Assembly: GCF_030684315.1 (NCBI RefSeq)
Contig: NC_081382.1
Coordinates: 34,110,620-34,174,619, forward strand
Source: Stegostoma tigrinum
Taxonomy: Eukaryota
DNA length: 64,000 bases
Direction of reading: 5' to 3'
Of the stretch, positions 36,689 to 49,325 are shown piece after piece. Within the stretch, counting starts at the first letter, position 1, and every line of letters starts with the position of its first letter. A model generated the notes under the pieces. It made no database searches. It had not been told where the DNA came from and was given only the letters and a program-made list of their open reading frames with translations. Position numbers and translations under genes: made by a program.

Positions 36689-36824
36689 AACTGTTAATTG
36701 GCTACTGATTTTTAAAAAAACTCACATTAAATAACTGTTTTCGCACTGTCATTTTTTGTAGCAGGTTTGCAAGCCTGCGGGGAAAATCTAACCAGAAGAC
36801 TTGTAGCATTTTGAATGTTACAAT

Positions 36825-37910
36825 ACCGCTTAAGCCGTTTGATTTATTGTCACGTGTTCTGAAGTATGATGAAAAGCTTTGTTTACAAGCAGTACAGGCA
36901 GGGCAGCACGGTGGCTGTGGTTAGCACTGCAGCCTCACAGCGCCAGGGAACCGGGTTCAATTCCAGCCTCGGGCGACTGTCTGTGTGGAGTTTGCACATT
37001 CTCCCTGTGTCTGCGTGTGTTTCCTCCGGGTGCTCTGGTTTCCTCCCACAGTCCAAAGATGTGCATGCTAGGTGGATTGGCCATGCTAAATTACCCGTAG
37101 TGCTCAGGGGTGAATGGGTTACAGGGGGATGGGTCTGGGTGGGATTCTTCAAGGAGCGGTGTGGACTTGTTGGGCCAAAGGGCCTGTTTCCACACTGTAG
37201 GGAATCTAATCTAATCATTAAGCAAGGATGTACAGATCAGAAGTTGTAAAAAGACTTAGATAGCAACATACAGGTTGCATTGCACAGGGCACGCACTAGG
37301 CAGGATCAATGTTAGCAAGATCAGCATTATTTGAAACTAGAGAGTCTATTGATCAGTCAAATAGCAGCTGGAAAGAAGCTGTTCCTGAACCTACTAGTGT
37401 GTGTGTGTTCAGGTTTCTGTATTTTCTCCCCGAAGGAAGAGGTAGGAGATCATTGCGGGGTGCCCTGGGTCTCTGATTTTGGCAGCCTTCCACAACCGCT
37501 GTGTGAAAGGAGCCTGTGGGTGGAAGATTGGCTTCTGTGATGGTCTGGTCTGGTCCGTGTACACCACCTTTTGTACTACTTTTTTAGGGTCCTGGGAAGA
37601 GTAGTTCCATAGGGTCCGTTATGCACCTAGACAGTATGCTTTCAGTGGTGCATCTGTAGAAGTTGGTGAGGGTCTTTATGGACATTCCAGATTTCCTGAG
37701 GAGGAAGAAGAAGCATTGTTGTGCCTTCTTGACTGTCACATCTACGTGGGAGGTCCAGGACAGGTCGTCCGTTATCGTCATTCGTAAGAACTTGATGCTC
37801 TCCACCCTCTCAACCTCAGTTCTATTGCTATAGACATGGTGTTCTCCTTTCTTTTTGAAGTCAGTGATCAGTTCTGTAGATTTTCCGACATTGAGAGAGA
37901 GGTTGCCATG
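36825..37910 (-). mobile_element. Rex1/Babar-type LINE 3' part, interrupted by an HE1 SINE
   Basis: ESIKFLRMTITDDLSWTSHVDVTVKKAQQCFFFL..LTNFYRCTTESIL is a Rex1-type RT C-terminus. Confidence 0.75.
36901..37216 (+). mobile_element. HE1-type V-SINE, young
   Basis: gggcagcacggtggct...ccgggttcaattccagcc...gtgtggagtttgcacattctccctgtgtctgcg...cacactgtagggaatctaatctaatc. Confidence 0.9.
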
Positions 37911-38104
37911 ATCTATTAATCCAGTCTCTTCACTAATTCATCAAAGGCATGGGATCAAACTGCGTTCTAGTGATTTGATTACATAATGTAACAAGACACT
38001 TCAATGTAGAAAGGTTCATGTGTTGAGCAACCAGTATGCTACATTTCAGAGTGCAGTCTTTTGAATGAAATTTTAAACTGAGATCCTGGCTGCTTTCAAA
38101 GAGC

Positions 38105-38311
38105 AAAGAAAATTACAGTACAGGAACAGGCCCCTCAGCACTCCAAGCCTGCACCGACATGCTGCCCGTTACAACTAAAAACTTGTACCTTCTTGGGACT
38201 GTATCCCTCTGTTCCCATCCTATTCATATATTTGTCAAGATGCCCTTTAAAAGTCACTATCGTATCTGCTTCCACTAACTCCCTGGGGAACGAGTTCCAG
38301 GCATCCACCAC

Positions 38312-38342
<31 letters not shown>

Positions 38343-38825
38343 ATAAATAAATAAATGACTCTTACATCACCTTTAAACTTTGCCCCTCGCACCTTAAACC
38401 TGTGGCCCCTGGTAACTGACTGTTCCGCCCTGGGAAAAAGCTTCTGACTGTCCAGTCTGTCCATGCCCTTCATAATCTTGTAGACCTCTATCAGGTCCCT
38501 CCTCAACCTCAGTCGTTCCAGTGAGACAACCCAAGTTTCTCCAACCTCTCCTCATAGCTAATGCCCTCCATACCAGGCAACATCCTGGTAAATCTTTCCT
38601 GTACTCTCTCCAAAGCCACCACATTCCTTCAGGTGCTGCGGCGACCAGAATTGAATACAATATTCCAAATGCGGCCAAACTAAGGTTCTATAAAGCTGCA
38701 ACATTACCTGCCAATTTTTAAATCTGCTGCCCCAGCCAATGAAGGCAAGCATGCCATATGCCTTGTTTACTGCCTTTTCCATCTGCCTAGCCACTTTTTC
38801 AATGACCTGTACGCCCAGATCCCTT
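38105..38825 (-). mobile_element. CR1 LINE 3' part with internal (TG)n
   Basis: HLEYCIQFWSP and RRDLIEVYKIMKGMDRLD...TRGHRFKVRG. Microsatellite at 38312-38342. Confidence 0.88.
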
Positions 38826-39197
38826 TCAGAGAGGAATATAAAAATGATCCCATATCCAGAGGTACATTTGATGGGGATCAGGGGAATTTTGTTACCCAAT
38901 ATGAATCTATTAGATAACATCCCTTAACTAGTAGGTTACCTATGTTGTTGTAGGAGCTTGCTTTATCAAGTTAAGTGCAGCATTTGTCTACATTATGTGT
39001 AGACTACACATGAAAGATAAATAATTAGCTCACTGCAGAACACAATGGGATATCTTGAAGTAATGAAAAGAGCTTTCTTCTTAATTTATTGCCTGCTTGT
39101 GCGTTCATTCATAATCGTGTGTTCATTTAAAATTCTCTTTAATAAATAAGAAAATATTGTGATTTATGGTTTTATTTTCTCATTTTTCCTTAATCAG

Positions 39198-39341
39198 GTG
39201 CATTGCCCACGAGTACAAGAAGTTTGTGATCTTGTTACACATAACATGATTGGCGATGAATCATATATCAGAATTTTTGGGCATTGTGACTTTAAAAAGC
39301 CATTCTCAAAGATTTACAACAACACAAATGTCAATGGAGAG
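39198..39341 (+). CDS. ENG: Endoglin-like gene exon (ZP-N/ZP-C boundary), phase 0>0
   Basis: ttttccttaatcAG|gtg...ggagag|GTacag. VHCPRVQEVCDLVTHNMIGDESYIRIFGHCDFKKPFSKIYNNTNVNGE (compare ENG KKVHC). Confidence 0.85.
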
Positions 39342-39415
39342 GTACAGTAATAGTTTACTTCAATTTTAAATTAGTTTAATGCTTACATGTTTGGCCTATA
39401 ATTGGCTATGAGTTA

Positions 39416-40380
39416 AGAACATAAATAGGAGCAGGAGTACACTGTTCAACCACTCAAACCTGCTCTACTGTTTAATAACCTCTTGATATTTCAAAAATCT
39501 ATTGATCTTCTCTTTTAAATTTTTTTATGTTCTAGCTCCACAACTCTCTGGCTTAGAGAATTTTGGATAATCACTACCCTCTGAATGGATAAATTCCTTT
39601 GTATCCACAGTTTTAAATGAATGGCTCCTCAGTCTTTAACTGTATTCTCATTTTCCCCCAGTAGTGGAAACATCTCAACCATCGGGCCCGAAACGTCAGC
39701 TTTTGTGCTCCTAAGATGCTGCTTGGCCTGCTGTGTTCATCCAGCTTCACACTTGGTTAGCTTCATTCCAGGAGTCAGCTTTGTGAATCTCTCTTTAAAG
39801 TACCTGTAATGGCAGGACATTCTTTAAGCACAGGGACCAAAATTGTACATAGAACTCCAGGTGCAACTTCACCAACATCTTGTGCAGTTGTAACAAGACT
39901 TGCCTATTTTTAAACTTGAAACTCCTCGCAGTAAATGTCAAAATTCCATTTGCTGTTTTAATTACTTTCTGCACCTGCATTCTAACTTCCTGTTTCATGT
40001 ACAGGAACACCCAGACAACTCTGCGCTGTGTTTGTTGGAATGTGTTTCCATTTAAATACTAGGCTGTCTTTTGATCTTTTCTACTAAAGTACATGGCCTA
40101 CATTTGCCTGCATTAAAATCCATTTGGAAATGTTTGCCCACTGACTCAACTATCCATATCCTCTTGCAGATTTCTTGTGTCCTCATTGCAACATACCCTC
40201 CTCTTATTTGGTGTCATCAGCAAATTTTGATACATTCACTCTGCCTGCTCCTCTAAGTTATTAATATAAGTTGTAAATAATTGAAGTCCAAGAGCTGATC
40301 CCTGTGTCACAGCATTAGTTATGTCTTCCCAGCCTTAAAAAGATACATTCATTCTAACTGTCTTCCATATTTTATCCATA
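39416..40380 (-). mobile_element. CR1 LINE fragment with small PLE end inserted (~39683-39760)
   Basis: VQKVIKTANGILTF..KLHLEFYVQFWS; aaaatttgctgatgacacc (KFADDT) on the minus strand. Confidence 0.75.
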
Positions 40381-42931
40381 CCTCAGTTCAGCTTAGCAGC
40401 TTTGGCAGCATCTGTGGAGAGAAACCAGACTTAATATTTTAGGTCAAGTGACCCTTGCTCAGCATCTCTGCTGTCTCTTCTTTTAAAAATTTTTTTCAGA
40501 AACTTCCCTTCATTGAACCTTCATTGAAACTTCCTTTCCGCTCATCAGTTTAAAACGCTTTCAGCAAACCTGATTATGTGATTCAGCAGGACACTGGTCT
40601 TGTCATAGTTCAAATGAAGCCCTTCCCAATGGACCAATGCTGTCTTTCCCCAGTCTGTTTTCCTGTGATATTGCAGTTTGACCCTTAAAAGTAGAAACAG
40701 GTAGGAGGGGCTTTCTGTCACTGGGTTTTATCTCCTTCCACTGGAACCCTTCTGGCATGGAAGTCTATTTTTTTTCTTTATGTTGGTGTCGTCCCTGTAT
40801 TTGTTTGAGAAGATGCTGTCCTCTCTCACTCCTTTTAAGGTACTAGTAACCACCCAAGTTCTCCTCTCTTCCACTTCGGTACTGATTATTATCTCCACAC
40901 CCTGCACCTGCTTTTTAATTTGTGATCAGAATCATCTACTGAAATCTTCACAAAACACATGCAGGTGATGCATGTAAATTGATTTGACACAATTAATTTA
41001 TTGGTCAGGAAGCCAGAGTCTGTGTAACATCAACAAGTCATAAACTTTGCTCAAAGTTAAACTGTGGTAGCTTTCATTTTTGGAATCCTTGCTGACTACT
41101 CTTCATTATGTTTCCAGATGTTTTCTGTTTCATCTTTTCAGGAAGAATGCCATTATCTTTCCTGCCACCACTTTAATTCTTAATGTTCTCTGGATATGTC
41201 CTAACTGTTTTTAAATAAAAGAATCACGTTAGATTTCCGCAGGTGCTTGGTTATTGTTCACTTTTCTAATAAATTTTTATCCATATGTGATAGTACCTGT
41301 GCTACCCCTTGACTAAGTTTTAATGAGTGCAGATCTAACCTATCAGGTCAAAGGCTTTTATTCTGCACCAACTAGTTTTATCAATGGTCTTTTCACACAC
41401 TGCACACACACCCTTTCTAAGTGTATCTTGTTTGATCTTATTTTTGATGTCATGTTGCTTTAAACAAGCAGTCAAAAAACTTGGTTTGACAACTCTCATA
41501 CAAAAAAAACTGTTTCTATTAATATTAAAGTAATACCCTAGATAGCCATCCTCTTTGCTTGCCTGGCACTTAAAATCCTCCTGACTTTTTAGAATTGTGT
41601 CCCCCTTTTCTAGATTATCAATTACATGATACACCATACTGTGTCTTGCATATGAATTGAATGTTCCTGGTTTGTTCTGTTCCCTCAATGAAACATGAAA
41701 TCTTATCTAATCCATACTTGAACTGGCTAATCTTACAATAGTTAGGTTTAGATGATTAATGGGCGATTCAGCAGCATTGGCAAAAATATCTTTTGATCTG
41801 GGAATCAGTTGTGAATTGTTTGTGATGTGTGATCAACAAGAAAACACTGAAAGTAAATATATCTATTCCCATATATATTGTTAAAGGCAAGGAAAAAAAA
41901 ACCTCATTTAATGCATGATCAATGAGACTGAAGCAAGTTATTCGTCCAAAGTACATTATAGGCTTAACTTGTTCTCAATTTAATTGTATGCACATTTAAC
42001 AAGAGATTTGTAATAAAATGTAATTATTGTAACATGAATGAAGAACATATTAAGAGAATTAATGAAAAATGAAATCATATTTGATTAAATTAGTCATATA
42101 AATAAAATTCAAAGTTTGAAATTCAAGCACAACCTTTAATTGTTTGCATCTTGCTTTGAAATTTGATTTTGCCGAACTGATTATGAGAATTTATTCAGCT
42201 TTTTATGGCTGTGTTGTTTGGATTTACAGTTATATTTTTCCCTAGATATTCAACTTCATTGAATCCTCCTCCATCTAAAGAACCCACTATAACTGCCAGT
42301 ATCTATTGCTTGTTACTCCTTTTGCTGTGTATTACAGGGTTTAATTGATCTACAAGTGTAACACAGGATGAGTTAATTGGCAGCCATTTTATCATTGCAC
42401 CTAAGCATTCCACTGAAATTCACAATGATAATCCAGATTGTTTTTGGAGATTCACATCCAAGTCTCATGCTGATTTTGGTTTTTTGACATTAAAAGCATT
42501 GGCTTTACATTTGTGCAATGAACAATAAATTGGCTGCTGATTCTGTATAATTGCCTTTTGAACTGCTAGCATAAACCACGTTGACGCTGAGGATTAAGCT
42601 GGTATCAATGTGGAAAGAGTGTAGGATTGTTTGTCACATATCCACTGGGAACTGATGAACTTGATCGTATTGACATTGTCTCAGCACCCCATTCTTCACT
42701 TGTATTCTGTGAAACTTTTCTTCCTGAGCATTTGCTTTCAAAATTAGTATTTTCAGAGACTGAAATATTAACTTTATCAAAATGATTAATAAATTAGTAA
42801 AAGGAACTGATTTTTTTAACCTAAACCTATGGAAATGTACTGCAATATGATGTCCTGTTTTAATGGTGAAGCTGTCTTATACACACATATATGTTAGTAT
42901 TGCATAACTTTGAAAATTCATATTTTTGTAG

Positions 42932-43210
42932 ATTTTACTCCCTTCACTTGGACAAAATCAGAATGCATTTGGAATTGACATGAAGCTTCAAAACTGTTCT
43001 CTCATCCCAAGATTTGCAGTCAATTCGGTCAATAAAAGTGTCCTTCTTCCTAAAATCTCAGTGACTGTAATACATGCAAAATCACACAAAACCAAGTGTA
43101 CAAATGAAGTCATAAACCACTACCCATTCTGGTTTCTCTTCCATAATTCATGGAGCCCAGTTGTTGAGGAAGCAGTCTTGGAATGTTCTCAAGCAGCATG
43201 TACTTCTGGG
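42932..43210 (+). CDS. ENG: Endoglin-like gene exon (ZP-C), phase 0>0
   Basis: tttttgtAG|att...tctggg|GTaagt. ILLPSLGQNQNAFGIDMKLQNCSLIP...HYPFWFLFHNSWSPVVEEAVLECSQAACTSG (L..C, F.F and L.C...C ZP-C pattern). Confidence 0.85.
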
Positions 43211-43421
43211 GTAAGTCAGTGTTCTGCAGTGCAACAATATTATTGGTTTACTCAAGAGTTTTAACAATATCAACTCTTTACCATCTGAAATCTCACTGTT
43301 TGCTGATTTTTCTATATCTTAAATTTTTACTCATGATGTCATACTTTTTAAATTACGTAATGTAATATTTATAAAATTGGTTAAGGGAAAGCTTGGCATA
43401 AGAGTTTTCAAAAACAGGAAT

Positions 43422-43640
43422 GGAACAAAATCAGAAATTGTTGGGAAAAACTCAGCAGGGTAGGCAGCATTTGTGGAGAGAAAGCAGTGTTAATGTTTCA
43501 TGCTCAGTGACCCTTTTTCAGAATGGTTCTGAAACGTTAACTCTGCTTTCTCTCCACAGATGCTGCTTGATCTGATTAGTTTTTTCAGCAACTTCTGATT
43601 TTGTTTCCGATTTCCAGCATCTGCAGTTCTTTGAGATTCT
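43422..43640. mobile_element. Miniature hairpin insertion (second PLE family), decayed
   Basis: aacaaaatcagaaattgttg...ggcagcatttgtggagagaaagcag is inverted as ctgctttctctccacagatgctgc...caacttctgattttgtt, followed by a tail. Confidence 0.7.
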
Positions 43641-43685
43641 TTAGTTTATTTGGAAAACAAAGTGAAAACATCTGGGGAAATGATG

Positions 43686-43800
43686 AGATTACAAGGTGTA
43701 GAGCTGGATGAATATGCTGCTCTGATGCTGCTTGGCCTGCTGTGTTCATCCAGCTCTGCACCTTGTTATCTCAGATTCTCCAGCATCTGCAGCTCCTACT
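43686..43800. mobile_element. Miniature hairpin PLE insertion
   Basis: gagattacaaggtgtagagctggatgaa / ttcatccagctctgcaccttgttatctc. Flanking repeat atctggggaaatgatg at 43670-43685 and 43801-43816. Confidence 0.82.
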
Positions 43801-46800
43801 ATCTGGGGAAATGATGTCAATATTTTTGCTTTGTGACTATTTCTTTCGGCATCTATGAATAAAAGAAATGAAAATTCATTTGAAGCATAACAGTACTATG
43901 TCAAATGTAGCTACTTAGCTATTGTTTGTCAATTGTATGAAAAGAATAATAAACTTGTATATTTGAGCAGTTAGGAAATTTGAAGGAAAATGAACCCCGA
44001 GATCTTGTTTATTCCTTGGGTTAAAAGCTTCTCAGTCTATAAGCATGCATCACTCACACTGAGTTCATCCAAATAATACTTTTTCTGTTATTCCTAGTCT
44101 TGCTTTGATATGAGAAGGATAAATAAAACGTTGAAAATTGACAACCATAGCCCTCCGCATCCTAGTAAGTTCAGTTTTCTGTTGAAGCACAAAATTTTTG
44201 TTTGTGTAAGTGTTGCCATTAAAATGTTTAATTTCCATATATGCTTTCATTATGCTTTTCATTTTTACTTTGAACGTTATTAGTTGTTTGCAATGGTGTA
44301 ACAAAAGGTAAAGAAGTGAAGACAAATGAGTAGAAATGAGAATGAAGGCATAAAAGAACAATAATCCTTTTCATCCTGTTGAGTCTGTTGGAAAGATCTA
44401 TTTCCTTAGATGAGTTTAGAACAGATGTTATTGTATTTATAAAACAAAACTGAACAGTCAAAGGACCTACAGTGTAGAAATTAGAAATACCAGAAATCAT
44501 ACCAGACCAGAAATACAGCATTTGCAATAAGGCTGGGGTGTGGGCTTCTGAAACTGGTGTTAAGACACACTGCACATAGATTTATTTTCTGCATTATATT
44601 ACCTCTTTGATAGGACAAATGCTTTGGTAATCAAGCTCCACCACTCTAAGTTGTGCCAAAATTATATCACCAATTTTTTCTATTATATCACCAAACTAGT
44701 CAATTTGTTTCTTTTTAATTACCGTAATATAGGATGAAAGAAACTTTTCCCAGATTTCTTATGAATTCAAAAATAACTCATTTAAAGAATATATTTTAAT
44801 GGACAAATCTGATTATGAATGAAGCTACTATTCAGAATTAAACTATATCCTGCACATTCATACGTGACAAAATATAATACAGCACTGCAGTGATTAGTTG
44901 GATTCCTAGATGAGACACATTTGCAATTAGCAAACACTACTGTTTAGAAGTGTCTCTCAAATGTCTGAATCATAGGAGATAGCATATGAATGTGCCAAAG
45001 TGGTATGTGATTGGACCATAATCAGGAGTGTAAAAAATTGTCAGACTAAATATTTCATTCATCAAAAGAGAATGGACCTAACCACCATCTTTGCATAGTT
45101 GACAGTCCACTTACATCAAATTGGCTCAACGGCAACTTGTGTAATGCCTCATAGGGTGTTATAAAATAATTTGCATGGCTCAGGCAGTGTAAAGAGATGT
45201 TGGGAGAGAAGGTGAAATGTTTGGTTGAAGAGTTAGATTTGAGGAAGTGTCATCAAGGAGGAATGTGACATAGGCAAAACGACAGAGGTAGGGAATTCCA
45301 GAGCTTCAGACTTGGGTAAATGAAGACATGGCCGCCAACAGTAGGGCAGTATTAATTAGGAGTGCACAAGAGGCCCGAATTAGAAGAGGACAGTCCTCTC
45401 AAAGGATTGGGAAGGGCAAGGGAGTGGGGACTGAAGGTAAGTATGAGAATTTTAAAATCACAATATTGCTTGACTCACAGCTATTTTATTTCTACATTGA
45501 TTCCAGACCGGGCAATGTGCATTTAAGGCATTTAAACAAAATCAGTAGAAAGTTACACCATGCCTTTACCATGTGCTTGCCAGTTTGATAGTGAGAAAAA
45601 TACTAGTTGTCTACTTAAAGTTTCTGTGTCTTTATGAAGACAGCAAGCACAGAATCAAGACTGTATAGTCTGACATATTGTAGCAATCTAATCCAAGACG
45701 TCTACCTCAACGAGGATCTGATCTTCATAATGTATGATTTTAAGGACTAATATGTAAGGAACGCTCAAGCCGTATTACAGTAATAAGTGTTTTACTCATG
45801 AATCCACATCAGGAGCCAATATGAGTCGGCAAGCACAGGGCTTGTAGGAAACAGAATTTGTTGCCAGTGAAGACACATGGTGTGCAGAATTTTTGATAAC
45901 CCCATATTTACAGACTTGACCTTGTGAATTCAATTACATCATCCCTTAAATTGGCTTTCGCTAGTCAATTATTTCTCAATTTTGTTGCCCTTTGATCTTC
46001 CCAATGCCACTTGACCCCTAGACATGCTGGTTTTCTAGTTATGTTGCCTGCTTTCTGAATCTTTCAGCATTATGCAAATTTGCTTGGGTCAGCATTATCA
46101 ATTCCCATCAAAATGTTCACCTCAAAGTCTGTTTTTCTAAAGAAACCAGATGAAAATTCTTAACCTTTTGTTTAATTTAGTTCCTCATACCAAAAATCAT
46201 TTTTATTTGCTCATTTCTCTGCTTTCTCAAGAACAAACATATCCTTCCTTTTAATTAGGTGATCAGATTTTGATGCAGTAAATAAAAGCCTAAAGTTCAG
46301 CTACTTCAAATGGAATATTGCGCAGAACTTCATGGATGGCCTAGCAAGGAAAATGCATTATTCTGAATATCATTAAACCAGAGATAACAAAAATCAGTAG
46401 GTTGAGCTTTTTGGTCTCTTTTGAACTTGCCACTGTCAAGCAGAGCAGGTAGATAGTGAATTATGTAATTAAATAAAGGTGACTTGGTGATAGGATACTA
46501 GTCTCTGTAGAGCTTTTTCATCAAAGCTCTTTGACGTTCAACGCTTCCCAACCCCTCAGCGTTAAAGAAATATTCTGTATTTCTGCTTTACCTACCAATA
46601 TTGATAATCTCATCAGCCTTGAGGAAAATTCTGGAATCTGTAATAAAGGATGCAGTAACAGAACACTTAAGCAAACTAGAAAATAATGATAGATTGGGCA
46701 AAGCCAGCATGGATCTGTGAAAATGAAATGCTGCTAAACCAACATACATAGACCTTTTGAGCATATAACGAGATAAGGGAGAACATGAAATTCCATCTGC

Positions 46801-47376
46801 CAAATGTTTGGTCTCTCATTTAGCATCTCCAAATTCCTCAAAAGTTCTTTGCATCATCTTCTGACTTCACACTTTATATCTAGTTTTGTGTTACCTAACC
46901 TCTAAAGTAGACCATTTATCAAAAGATTCACGAAAATCCAAATATTCCACATCCTGTGTTCTTTCTCTTATCTATTTTGCTAGTTACATCCTCAACAAAA
47001 ACTCTAGGTTTGTAAGTCTTGGATTTCTGTCTTTAATAGTGGGTGTTGTATTCTTAAATAACACTGTAAATGGAGGTGATTGCTCATTCAAACAAGATAA
47101 CAGGTTTATTCTCTGAACAGCACTCAGACTGCATCCGCAAAGATTACATAAGACTTCCTGATCATTGTCCCTCTCCCGACCACTACTTTCGCCAGTAACC
47201 AGTCTTCAAGCACTATGAAGCCATACCCATTTGCTTCTGTACACTCGCTGACCTATTGTCCTGGTTTTTTGAAGGAGCTTGCCACCACCCTCGTTACTAC
47301 TACTACCTTTTGTACTAGCCCCCTTCTGAAGTGTGCTATTTATCTCTGTTGCGTGGTCAACTGTATTGTTGTAGTC

Positions 47377-47561
47377 TTCTATCCACCTCCCCCTCTCTCC
47401 CTATTTATTTCAGAACCCTCTTCCCCTCCACCATTTCTGATGAAGGGTCTCGGCTCGAAAAGTCTGCTTTTGTGCTCCTGAGATGCTGCTGGGCCTGCTG
47501 TGTTCATCCAGCCTCACATTTTATTATCTTGGATTCTCCAGCATCTGCAGTTCCCATTATC
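47377..47561 (+). mobile_element. 5'-truncated PLE 3' end with full tail, no inversion
   Basis: 17-bp TSD actgtattgttgtagtc at 47360-47376 and 47562-47578. Hammerhead-like motif at 47437-47464. Confidence 0.88.
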
Positions 47562-48349
47562 ACTGTATTGTTGTAGTCATGTTCTTTGGGAATGTCCAAC
47601 TCTGAGACCCTCTGTTGCTCCCCACTAGACCGTATCATCAGCATCTTGAGGAATGTGAGAATATCAACTACGGTTATTCAACCCGGAGAAGTCACAATAT
47701 TCAGTGTATTTCTTTTGATATATTCATAGACCCCTTCCCCTTTTTGTTTGGGTCACCCTTATTGCAACCAACCAGTTGGACCATTGATTTCCCAATTTGT
47801 ATTTAACTAGTTACTTGAATGTTTGATGTCTGGCTCAGAAATTTAGTCTCACTATGCTCGTCCATCTCCTGCTCATTTGGAAAGTGGCTCTTTTTCAAAT
47901 ATAGGGATCTGGGATTCATACCAGGACTTACCTCATGAAGACTGTGGATATCAGTTATTTTCTCAAGCTTATCCTAAACTTTATTAACATGATTCTGTCT
48001 TGGTGTAAGCAGTTCTTTAGATCTCGTTTGCCACTGAGCTTGGGTGAATGGCACATGCTTAGCAGACTCTGTATCACATTCCCCTAACCATCCCATCTCT
48101 GCATTTGAACTATAGGGCTCCTTCCCAGCCCATTCCTCCAATGGGTGCTGCCATGAGTCCAATATATCCGGCATTGTTTGGTTTCACTCATTGATACCTT
48201 GCACCCATGTGTCCGTCTTGCCTAGGTTAGCCCACTCTCTATCAGCCTGGTCTCCAGCCATAAACTCTGGCTAAGGGGCCTGTTTGGCCCTGACCCTGGT
48301 CCCTTATTTGGTAAGTTTCTGTTTCTATGCTCTAATTTCTAAGCAGCTA

Positions 48350-49325
48350 CTAACCATAATCACCAGGCATATTAGCCAAGGCTTAGAGTTGAAGAGCAGG
48401 GAAGTATGTTGGAACTGTATAAAATGTTGGTTAGGCCACAGCAAGAGTATTATGTGCTGTTCTGAAATCCACATTATAGGAGGGATGTGATTGTATTAGA
48501 GATGGCGCAGAGGAGATTTACTAGGATATTGCATGGACTAGAGAGTTCTGATTATGATGAGCGATTGGATAAACTGGGGTTGATTTCCTTGGAGCAGTGG
48601 AGACTGAGTGGGCACATGATTGAAGTGTATAAAATTATGAGGATCATAGATAAGTTTGATAGGAAATTTTTCCCCTTTTGAATGCTCAGTGACCGGGGTG
48701 CATATATTTAAGTTAATTTAGTTTAATGTTACATGTATCTGAGTACAGTGGGAAGTTTTGTTTTGCGAGCAGTACAGATATATAACAACATTCAAGGATC
48801 ATAGGTGTTTGGACCAAGTAAGTTATGCTTTGGCATCGCAAGTACCCATCTAAATACTTCTTAAATGTTGAGGGTTTCTGCCTCTACCACCCTTGCAGGC
48901 AGTAAATTCTAGATTCCAACCACCTCTGGAAGATTATGGCTGCATTGGAGGTGCACAAAAGCAAGATCAACATGAGATTTGAAATTGGATCAGCCCATTC
49001 AGGAGTCTAATAACAGCAGGGAAGAAGCTATTCTTGAACCTGTTGGTACACGAGTTCAAGCTTCTGTATCTTCTATCTGAGACAATGTGAAGAAAAGAAT
49101 TCTCATCCAGAGGTGGTTGGAATCTAGAATTTACTGCCTGCGAGGGTGGTAGAGGCAGAAACCCTCAACATTTAAGAAGTATTTAGATGGGGACTTGTGA
49201 TGCCAAAGCATTCAAGGCTATGGCCAAGTGCTGTAAAATAGAAGTCGAATAGGTAGGTGCAGTTTTTAACTGGCGCAGACATGATGGGCTGAAGGGTTTC
49301 TTCCTGTCTGTAGATCTCTGTCTCC
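48350..49325 (+). mobile_element. CR1 3' part interrupted by a Rex1-like fragment (~48713-49082, - strand)
   Basis: LEMAQRRFTRILHGLESSDYDERLDKLGLISLEQWRLSGHMIEVYKIM. The insert resembles 36830-37430. Confidence 0.72.
48825..49211. repeat. 106-bp inverted duplication (48825-48930 / 49106-49211)
   Basis: Arms differ at only 3 positions by eye; 175-bp spacer. Confidence 0.9.

Noticed and set aside
6563-43210. Calling the gene TGFBR3 (betaglycan)
   Set aside because: It lacks the long orphan-ZP linker and the larger GAG-attachment exon and has a 42-bp exon instead, which fits ENG better. Not fully excluded without phylogeny.
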